A program made the position numbers and the translations under genes. Positions 56,794 to 64,000 of a DNA stretch of 64,000 nucleotides are shown piece after piece. The stretch is from Candidatus Omnitrophota bacterium. GTDB taxonomy: Bacteria > Omnitrophota > Gorgyraeia > Gorgyraeales > Gorgyraeaceae. Within the stretch, counting starts at the first letter, position 1, and the number at the start of each line of letters is the position of its first letter. The stretch is taken from NCBI GenBank assembly GCA_018824145.1, contig JAHJHC010000088.1, positions 2,696 through 66,695 of the forward strand. Reading direction: 5' to 3'. The notes under the pieces were generated by a model. It did no database searches. It was not told the DNA's origin and was given only the letters and a program-made list of their open reading frames with translations.

Positions 56794-59367
56794 ATGAAGG
56801 TTGATGAGATACGGGATAGGTTTTTGGGGTTTTTTGAGAAGTATGGGCATCGGGTTTATCCTAGTGATTCGCTTGTGCCCGGGAAGGATCCTACACTTCT
56901 TTTTACGGGTGCTGGGATGAATCAGTTTAAGGATGAGTTTTTGGGTAGGGTGACTGGGGCTAGGAGGGCAGCTACTTGTCAAAAGTGCATAAGGACCGGA
57001 GATCTTGAAAATGTCGGCAGGACGCCGGACCATCATACGTTTTTTGAGATGCTTGGGAATTTTTCTTTCGGGGATTATTTTAAGAAAGAGGCGATTTTGT
57101 GGGCGTGGGAGTTTCTTACGGAAGAATTGGCCTTGAAAGAAAAGGATTTGTGGGTGTCTGTGTATACAGATGATGTTGAGGCGTATAATATTTGGAAGGA
57201 TATTATCAAAGTCCATGTAGAAAAAATATTGAAGCTTGGCGCAAAGGAGAATTTTTGGCCTTCAAATGCGCCTAGTGACGGGCCGAATGGGCCGTGTGGG
57301 CCGTGTTCAGAGATCTTTTATGGCGGGGCTGATGGGGTCGAGGTGTGGAATCTTGTGTTTACACAGTTTGATAGGAAGGGTGGGGGAGAACTGGCAGCTT
57401 TACCGAGTAAGAATATAGATACTGGGATGGGGCTTGAGAGGATTGCAAGGGTTATGCAGGGTAAGGAGACAAACTTTGAGATAGATTCGTTTGAGCCGAT
57501 AGTTAGTGAAATAAAAAAATATGCGGGAAGAAGTCAGAAGATTAATACTATTAATGCTATTAGTGACCATATACGCGCAGTTACATTTGCGATCGGGGAC
57601 GGGGTCTTGCCGTCCAATGAGGAAAGAGGTTATGTTATCCGTAAGTTGATCCGCAGGGCGTTCTGGTATGGAAGGGTCATTGGTACAGGAGGTCAGCCGT
57701 TTTTGTATAAAGTAGTGCCTATCGTCGCTAAAGTAATGAAAAGGCCTTATCCGGAGATTACAAAGCAAAGAGAGGATATTGCCCAGGTAGTCCTTGCAGA
57801 GGAAGAGAGGTTTAGAAATACTATTGAGGAAGGCCTTGAGAAGTTAAACCAGATGATCGGTGATGCTAGATATAAAGGCATTCTTTCCGGAGAAGGTGTC
57901 TTTAAATTGTATGATACGTATGGGTTTCCTTTGGAGTTGACTCAGGAGATTGCAACATCTAGTAATATAAAAGTGGACCTGAAAGGATTTGAAAAATGTA
58001 TGGCCGAGCAGCGTACTAAGTCACGCCAGAGTAGTAAGATAAAAGAGTCTATTTTTGATGCAATATCTCTTGAAGACAGGCTGGATATAGATAAGACCGG
58101 ATTTATAGAAGATAAAAAGGAGATGGATACCAGGGTTTTGAAGATAATAGTGGGAAACGAGGTGAAAGAAGAGATTAAAAAGAATGAAAAAGGGAATGTG
58201 TTTTTGAAAGAGACGAATTTCTACGGAGAGAAGGGCGGCCAGGTCGGTGATACAGGGGTGTTATTGAAGGGTGGCAAGGTGATAGCAGATGTCCTTAGTG
58301 CAATTGACACAGCAGGTGTAGTGCGGCATGAGGTCTTGGTAAAAGAGGGTGTTTTAAAGGCAGGGGATACTGTAGTAGCGCGGATAGATATAACTCGCAG
58401 AGAAAATATCATGAAGAATCATACTGCCACGCATCTTTTGCATAATGCTTTGAGGAAGGTATTGGGGCAGCATGTAAAACAGTCAGGGTCATTAGTTGCT
58501 TCTGACAGGTTGAGGTTTGATTTTACGCATTTTAAGGCGCTTACGGATGAGGAGCTCTCCAGGGTAGAGGGTCTTGTAAATGAATACATAAAGAATGATA
58601 GTTCAGTAGCGACTAAAGAGATTGCCTTTAATGAAGCCAGTGACGAGGGTGCAATAGCCATTTTCGGAGAGAAATACGGGGATAAGGTGAGGATGGTTTC
58701 CGTAGGAGATTATAGTAAGGAGTTATGCGGGGGTACACATGTAGAGAAGACCAGTGATATAGAAGTCTTTAAGATAATTTCAGAGTCTTCTATTGCAAGC
58801 GGTGTGAGGAGGATCGAGGCTGTTACAGCCGGAGAGGCGCATAAAAAGATTAAAGAGAATCAGGATTTGATTAAGGAGCTTGCGAGTTCTCTGGAAACTG
58901 CTCCTTGGGATATCCCTAAACAAATAGAAAAATTATCGGATATGCTTAAGAAAGCAGAGAGGAGATTAGATAGTATAAGTAATACACTTATTGCCTCTAG
59001 CATGGATAATATCCTGGATAACGCGAAAAAGGTAAAAGACTGCGAAGTTATTATCATGGAGTTGACAAATGTGGATATGGGTTTTTTGAGGAAGGCCAGT
59101 GATATAATAAAAAGCAGAATGAAAAAAGGTATTTTTGTATTATTATCCAGTAAGGATGAGAAGTTTTCTATTTGTTTGGGGATGAGTGAGGCGCTTAAAA
59201 AAGAAAAATTGGATGCAGTTAAGCTCTTGGATGAGATAGGCAGCAGTTTTGGTATAAAAGGCGGAGGCCGGCCTGACTTTGCGCAGGCAGGCGGGAAAGC
59301 AGGTATTGATATTAAGGGTATGTTGAAAAGGGCCCAGGAGATAGTTGTAAAAAATATTAAGGGGTAA
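56794..59367 (+). CDS. alaS: Alanine--tRNA ligase
   Basis: Class II aaRS AlaRS N-terminus (FLGFFEKYGHRVYPSDSLVP..DPTLLFTGAGMNQFK), editing domain HxxxH (HTATHLLH...) and C-terminal DHHA1-like domain (GGGRPDFAQAGG). Confidence 0.95.
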   Translation: MKVDEIRDRFLGFFEKYGHRVYPSDSLVPGKDPTLLFTGAGMNQFKDEFLGRVTGARRAATCQKCIRTGDLENVGRTPDHHTFFEMLGNFSFGDYFKKEAILWAWEFLTEELALKEKDLWVSVYTDDVEAYNIWKDIIKVHVEKILKLGAKENFWPSNAPSDGPNGPCGPCSEIFYGGADGVEVWNLVFTQFDRKGGGELAALPSKNIDTGMGLERIARVMQGKETNFEIDSFEPIVSEIKKYAGRSQKINTINAISDHIRAVTFAIGDGVLPSNEERGYVIRKLIRRAFWYGRVIGTGGQPFLYKVVPIVAKVMKRPYPEITKQREDIAQVVLAEEERFRNTIEEGLEKLNQMIGDARYKGILSGEGVFKLYDTYGFPLELTQEIATSSNIKVDLKGFEKCMAEQRTKSRQSSKIKESIFDAISLEDRLDIDKTGFIEDKKEMDTRVLKIIVGNEVKEEIKKNEKGNVFLKETNFYGEKGGQVGDTGVLLKGGKVIADVLSAIDTAGVVRHEVLVKEGVLKAGDTVVARIDITRRENIMKNHTATHLLHNALRKVLGQHVKQSGSLVASDRLRFDFTHFKALTDEELSRVEGLVNEYIKNDSSVATKEIAFNEASDEGAIAIFGEKYGDKVRMVSVGDYSKELCGGTHVEKTSDIEVFKIISESSIASGVRRIEAVTAGEAHKKIKENQDLIKELASSLETAPWDIPKQIEKLSDMLKKAERRLDSISNTLIASSMDNILDNAKKVKDCEVIIMELTNVDMGFLRKASDIIKSRMKKGIFVLLSSKDEKFSICLGMSEALKKEKLDAVKLLDEIGSSFGIKGGGRPDFAQAGGKAGIDIKGMLKRAQEIVVKNIKG

Positions 59368-59370
59368 GAC

Positions 59371-60594
59371 ATGAAGATTCTAAGGTTATCGAGTAAAGAG
59401 ATACAGAATTTATGCGAGAGGTATTATTATCATAAAAAAAGGGTCCAGGAAAAGGTGCGTAAGATCGTGCAGGATGTGAGGGATGAAGGTGATAAGGCGC
59501 TTATTAGATATACCAGAAAGTTTGATAAGGTTAAGCTTATGCCTCGTGATTTAAAGGTGCCTGCAAATGAGATCAATGGTGCTTATCAAAATATAGATAC
59601 GGATTTTATATCAAACCTTAAGGCTATCATTGAAAATATACAAAAGTTCCACAAGAAACAATTGCCGAAGCCGTGGAAGATAAAACAAGAAGAAGGAGTG
59701 GAGTTGGGCGAGATATTCAGGCCTATTGATAGGGTAGGGATCTATGTGCCGGCTGGCACTGCGCCTTTGGTTTCAAGTGTTTATATGAGTGTTTTACCTG
59801 CGAAGATAGCTGGCGTGAAGAAGATAATCCTTGTTACGCCTCCATCTAGCTCCGGAAGGGTGGACTCGCATATACTTTCAGTAGCGAATCTTTTGAAGGT
59901 GGATGAGATTTATAGGGTAGGCGGTGCGCAGGCAATAGCAGCCCTGGCCTTTGGTACAAAGACTATTCCAAAGGTTGATAAGATAGTAGGGCCGGGTAAT
60001 GATTATGTAACTGAGGCTAAGCGTCAGGTCTATGGATATGTTGATATAGATATGCTGGCAGGGCCTAGTGAAGTGGTGATATTGGCCAATCAGTTTTCGG
60101 ATAAGGATTATGTAGTGCATGATCTCTTGGCACAGGCAGAACATCTTAAGGGCCTGGCAGTGGTGGTTACTACATCCAAGAAGTTTGCCAAGATGATCAA
60201 GAAGGAGATTGATAAGGGGTATGTTGTGCTCGCAAAGAATATTGAGCAGGCTGCCGAGATTATAAATAGGATTGCGCCTGAACATCTTGAGATACTTATA
60301 AGGAGGCCCACTAGAGTTTTGAAGCTGATAAATAATGCAGGCGCTATATTTATAGGGCCTTATTCACCTGTTTGTATAGGTGATTATGTTGCTGGACCAA
60401 GTCATGTATTGCCTACAGGAGGTACAGCTAGATTCTTTTCAGGCCTTGGCGTAAGGTCTTTTCTTAAAAGTACACATACTATTACGTATTCAAAGAAGGC
60501 ACTTGAGAAAGAAGGACCTGGCATTGAAAAAATGACAAAGATAGAAGGGCTCCAGAAGCATTTGGAGTCGTATAAGGTGAGGTTTTCCGCTTAG
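59371..60594 (+). CDS. hisD: Histidinol dehydrogenase
   Basis: IDMLAGPSEVVIL, QAEH and APEHLEI motifs. Confidence 0.85.
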   Translation: MKILRLSSKEIQNLCERYYYHKKRVQEKVRKIVQDVRDEGDKALIRYTRKFDKVKLMPRDLKVPANEINGAYQNIDTDFISNLKAIIENIQKFHKKQLPKPWKIKQEEGVELGEIFRPIDRVGIYVPAGTAPLVSSVYMSVLPAKIAGVKKIILVTPPSSSGRVDSHILSVANLLKVDEIYRVGGAQAIAALAFGTKTIPKVDKIVGPGNDYVTEAKRQVYGYVDIDMLAGPSEVVILANQFSDKDYVVHDLLAQAEHLKGLAVVVTTSKKFAKMIKKEIDKGYVVLAKNIEQAAEIINRIAPEHLEILIRRPTRVLKLINNAGAIFIGPYSPVCIGDYVAGPSHVLPTGGTARFFSGLGVRSFLKSTHTITYSKKALEKEGPGIEKMTKIEGLQKHLESYKVRFSA

Positions 60595-60600
60595 AAAGAT

Positions 60601-61248
60601 ATGAAGGTTATTGACTTAGGCATTACAGATTATTTAGAGGCTTATGAGATTCAGATGGGCCTGGTGAAAGAGGTTTCTGCAGGGATATCTGAAGATACAT
60701 TGCTTATTACAGAACACAGGCCTGTTATAACAATAGGCAGGAAAGGGTCGTGGGATAGTATTTTGAGATCAAAAGAAGAGCTTTTTTCCAGAGGCATAGA
60801 TGTTTTTAACATTGACAGAGGCGGAGATGTTACGTATCATAGCCCTGGTCAAATAGTCAGTTACCCTATTTTTAGATTAATAGATGAGGCCCGGGATATA
60901 CATAATTTTTTGGATTTTTTAGAGGCAGTTGGTAAGAGTTTTTTGATGCAATATGGTATTATTTCCGAGGACAGGCCTGGAGATAGGGGCCTGTGGGTTG
61001 AAGGGAAAAAGATCGGTTCGATAGGAATAGGCGTGAAAAAATGGGTTACATATCACGGCATAGCAATAAATATCGATCCGGACATGGCTCCTTTTTCATT
61101 TATTAAGCCCTGTGGCATGGAATCAGTGAAGGTGACTTCTTTAAGGGATGTGTTGTGCCGGGAAATAGACCTGGAAGATGCTAAAAGTAAACTCGAATTA
61201 TCGTTCAAAAAGGTTTCCTTATTGGCTTCGGCAGTCAGTTCGAACTGA
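60601..61248 (+). CDS. lipB: Lipoyl(octanoyl) transferase
   Basis: RGGDVTYHSPGQIVSYPIF, an active-site Cys in KPCG, and GIAINI. Confidence 0.85.
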   Translation: MKVIDLGITDYLEAYEIQMGLVKEVSAGISEDTLLITEHRPVITIGRKGSWDSILRSKEELFSRGIDVFNIDRGGDVTYHSPGQIVSYPIFRLIDEARDIHNFLDFLEAVGKSFLMQYGIISEDRPGDRGLWVEGKKIGSIGIGVKKWVTYHGIAINIDPDMAPFSFIKPCGMESVKVTSLRDVLCREIDLEDAKSKLELSFKKVSLLASAVSSN

Positions 61249-62056
61249 TGACGCTGTCAGAGACACTAAAGAGCTTATCCGTGATTTGCGGCTTAACACT
61301 GTATGCCAGAGTGCTCAATGCCCGAATATATACGACTGTTTTGCTAAGAAAAGATGCACGTTTTTGCTCTTAGGGAATCGTTGCACAAGAAATTGTAGGT
61401 TCTGTGCCGTTGAAAAGCGAAAGACACAAACTTTACAGGCACCGCAGAAAGAAGAACTTTTTAATATTAAAGAGGCAGTCAGAAGATTGGATTTACGCAA
61501 GGTGGTTATAACTTCTGTTACAAGAGATGATTTGAGTGACGGAGGTGCGGGACATTTTGCAGAGTGTATTGAGATTTTGAAAGGTCTTAGTGCGGGGTTA
61601 GACATAGAAGTCCTTGTGCCTGATTTTCTTGGAAAAAAGGAATCGATTGAAAAAGTCGTTTCTGGAGGGCCCAGGGGGTTTTCGCATAACGTAGAGACTG
61701 TCCCAAGGCTTTTTACCAGGGTCAGGCCAGAGGCAGAATATCAGAGATCCCTGGATGCCATAAGATATGCCAAAGAAATAGCGCCGTGGCTGATTACAAA
61801 GAGTGGCCTGATGGTAGGGCTTGGCGAAACAAGAAAAGAAGTTTATAATGTAATGAAGGATTTGAAAGAGTCGGGGTGTGATATAATTACAATCGGCCAG
61901 TACCTGATGCCAAACCCGCATTGTCTGGAGGTCGAGGAGTTTTTGCACCCTGATGAATTTGTACAATTTTCAAAATGGGCTCGGGAACTGGGGTTTGAAA
62001 AATTTAGTTGTAGCCCGTTTACGAGGTCGTCAAAGGAGGGAATATGGCAGAGTTGA
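61178..62056 (+). CDS. lipA: Lipoyl synthase
   Basis: Auxiliary cluster CQSAQCPNIYDC and rSAM cluster CTRNCRFCAV. Start is uncertain: the listed ORF overlaps lipB by 71 nt. Confidence 0.9.
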   Translation: MLKVNSNYRSKRFPYWLRQSVRTDDAVRDTKELIRDLRLNTVCQSAQCPNIYDCFAKKRCTFLLLGNRCTRNCRFCAVEKRKTQTLQAPQKEELFNIKEAVRRLDLRKVVITSVTRDDLSDGGAGHFAECIEILKGLSAGLDIEVLVPDFLGKKESIEKVVSGGPRGFSHNVETVPRLFTRVRPEAEYQRSLDAIRYAKEIAPWLITKSGLMVGLGETRKEVYNVMKDLKESGCDIITIGQYLMPNPHCLEVEEFLHPDEFVQFSKWARELGFEKFSCSPFTRSSKEGIWQS

Positions 62057-62274
62057 AGTTACCTGAACTGGCAGAAGGTGTAAACGAGGCAGTTGTTTCC
62101 TTTTGGCATTTTAAAGAAGGTGACAGTGTTAAGGAAGGCGATGAAATAGTTGAGATGGCTACTGATAAGGCAGCGTTTAATGTCCCTTCGAAAGCCTCGG
62201 GGACGTTGAAAAAGATCATGGTAAATGAAGGTGATACTGTTAAGGTAGGACAGTCATTAGCTATTATAGAGTAA
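62044..62274 (+). CDS. Stand-alone lipoyl/biotinyl-attachment domain protein (76 aa)
   Basis: Single hybrid-motif domain with a probable lipoyl-lysine in EMATDKAAF. Sits immediately downstream of lipB-lipA. Confidence 0.6.
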   Translation: MAELKLPELAEGVNEAVVSFWHFKEGDSVKEGDEIVEMATDKAAFNVPSKASGTLKKIMVNEGDTVKVGQSLAIIE

Positions 62275-62283
62275 GGGGGAGAT

Positions 62284-62769
62284 ATGAAAGAAATACTGGA
62301 AATTTTAGAAAAAGATGCACGGTTGACACCTGAGGAGATATCCAAAACCTTAAAGAAGAGTGTTGGCACAGTAAAAAAGGCCATTAAGAAATTTGAGAAA
62401 GACGGCGTTATACTTAAATATAAAACAATCATTAATAGGGAACTTGTCAGAGAGGAAACAAGTAGTGTTCGGGCCTTGATAGAGGTAAAGATCGCGCCAC
62501 AGAGAGGATATGGCTTTGATCATATAGCTGAAAGGATATATAGGTTCCAGGAGGTGGTGAGTTGTTATCTCCTTTCAGGCACGTATGATCTTTTATTGGT
62601 CGTGGAGGGAAGAGATATACATGCAGTAAGCAGTTTTGTTTCCGAGCGGCTGGCTACCCTTGATAATGTGAGGGGTACTGTTACGCATTTTCTTTTGAAA
62701 AAATATAAAGAAGACGGGGATATATTAAAACGGGCAGAACGCGATAAACGTATAGCTATATCGTTTTGA
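62284..62769 (+). CDS. Lrp/AsnC family transcriptional regulator
   Basis: N-terminal HTH (ILEILEKDARLTPEEISKTLKKSVGTVKKAIKKFEKDGVI) plus a C-terminal RAM domain. Confidence 0.8.
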   Translation: MKEILEILEKDARLTPEEISKTLKKSVGTVKKAIKKFEKDGVILKYKTIINRELVREETSSVRALIEVKIAPQRGYGFDHIAERIYRFQEVVSCYLLSGTYDLLLVVEGRDIHAVSSFVSERLATLDNVRGTVTHFLLKKYKEDGDILKRAERDKRIAISF

Positions 62770-62784
62770 AGAGGATAAAAGAAA

Positions 62785-63939
62785 ATGAAGATTTCTAAAA
62801 AAGTACGCGAAATCCCGCCTTCAGGGATAAGAGAATTTTTCGAGCTTGTTATAGGGATGAAGGATGTTATATCCCTTGGTGTGGGGGAGCCGGATTTCGT
62901 TACACCTTGGAATATTTGCGAGGCTAGTATATTTTCTATTGAAAAGGGGTATACCTCGTATACATCCAATAAAGGTCTTTACGAGTTAAGGTCGCAGATT
63001 TCCAGATTTTTAAAGGCCAAACATAACCTAAACTATGACCCTGAAGAGGAGATACTTATTACTACGGGTGTGAGTGAGGCCTTAGACCTTGCTTTGAGGG
63101 CGCTTATAAATCCAAGGGATAAAGTCTTAGTGCCGAATCCTTATTATGTATCGTATTATCCTGTTGCGTTTTTAGCGGGTGGTGTTCCTATATTTGTTAA
63201 TACAAAAGACACGGCTTTTAAACTGACGCCGTCTATAGTGGAGAGATATGTGTCGAAGGGGGTAATGGCGATTCTCTTAAACTACCCTACTAATCCTACG
63301 GGTGTGTCTTATTCGAAAAAAGAGCTCTTGGAACTATCGAAGGTTTTTATAAAGAATAATTTGATTGTTATTAGTGATGAGATCTATGATGAGCTGACCT
63401 ATGATTTTTCACATACGCCGATCAGTTCTTTAAAGAGCATGAAAGAGAGGACTGTCTACCTGAATGGTTTTTCTAAAAGTTTTGCAATGACAGGGTGGAG
63501 GGTAGGGTTTGCATGCGGGCCGAGAGAGATTATAAGCGCAATGACTAAGATACATCAATACACTATGTTATGTGCTCCTATAATGGGGCAAATAGGAGCA
63601 ATAGAGGCATTAAGAGGATCAAACCGTTATGTAATGGAAATGAAGCGTGAGTATAAAAGAAGGCGCGAGTTTATAGTGGAGAGACTGAATGAAATAGGGC
63701 TCCTGTGCCCTAAGCCGGACGGCGCTTTTTATGTATTTCCTTCCATAGAAAATACAGGCATGGACTCCTTAGAGTTTGCAAAAAAACTGTTAAAGAAAGA
63801 AAAAGTGGCAGTTGTCCCCGGGACCGCATTTGGTTCGCAGGGGAAAGGTCATATACGGATCTCTTACGCATCTTGCATGTCGGATTTAAAAGAGGCATGT
63901 GTAAGGATAGAGAGGTTTCTTAAGGCAAGAAATGGCTGA
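62785..63939 (+). CDS. Class I/II PLP-dependent aminotransferase (aspartate aminotransferase-like)
   Basis: PLP-Lys motif NGFSKSFAMTGWRVGF in a protein of about 384 aa. Confidence 0.85.
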   Translation: MKISKKVREIPPSGIREFFELVIGMKDVISLGVGEPDFVTPWNICEASIFSIEKGYTSYTSNKGLYELRSQISRFLKAKHNLNYDPEEEILITTGVSEALDLALRALINPRDKVLVPNPYYVSYYPVAFLAGGVPIFVNTKDTAFKLTPSIVERYVSKGVMAILLNYPTNPTGVSYSKKELLELSKVFIKNNLIVISDEIYDELTYDFSHTPISSLKSMKERTVYLNGFSKSFAMTGWRVGFACGPREIISAMTKIHQYTMLCAPIMGQIGAIEALRGSNRYVMEMKREYKRRREFIVERLNEIGLLCPKPDGAFYVFPSIENTGMDSLEFAKKLLKKEKVAVVPGTAFGSQGKGHIRISYASCMSDLKEACVRIERFLKARNG

Positions 63940-64000
63940 AGTTAAGAGAGTACTATTAATGTATATAACATTGAATTCCGGGCACCATCGTGCCAGTTCG

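Noticed and set aside
1-64000. Looked for rRNA, tRNA, CRISPR arrays, IS elements, integrases and toxin-antitoxin pairs
   Set aside because: There are no repeat-spacer arrays, no transposase or integrase motifs, and no tRNA-like cloverleafs in the intergenic gaps I inspected. The only rearrangement signs are the pseudogene fragments reported above.

Overview
The window is a low-GC bacterial chromosomal segment in two parts. Positions 1 to about 41.8 kb form an AT-rich accessory locus encoded almost entirely on the + strand. It carries about 11 radical SAM (rSAM) domains in its first 17.7 kb: 7 cobalamin-binding class-B domains and 4 SPASM-type domains, several fused into giant 1000-1400 aa proteins. 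These sit inside a glycoconjugate-assembly gene set: a GT2 polyprenol-phosphate glycosyltransferase, three GT-C membrane transferases, AsnB, three GT4 and two GT2 enzymes, and an ABC-2 exporter. The accessory locus ends in what looks like a RiPP-like maturation module. That module has a nucleotidyltransferase, an HprK-related kinase, a TPR protein, an RRE-fused rSAM/SPASM, then a PqqD-family protein, a second rSAM/SPASM, a Cys-rich 54-aa peptide ORF absent from the ORF track, and an S26-like peptidase. It is followed by patches of gene decay: a frameshifted ABC ATPase, a GT9 fragment and a truncated GT2 duplicate. Positions 41.9-64 kb are GC-richer core genes: rpsO-pnp, uppP, ftsK, a rodZ-like gene, rimO, pgsA, pgpA, ligT/thpR and cinA on the minus strand, recA, htrA, a bamE-like gene, alaS, hisD, lipB, lipA, a free lipoyl-domain protein, an AsnC regulator and an aminotransferase. 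A 53-nt double-hairpin motif with compensatory base changes recurs in the leaders of pnp and uppP. I did not recognise any rRNA, tRNA, CRISPR array, transposase or integrase. All calls are based on motifs read by eye; no database search was possible.
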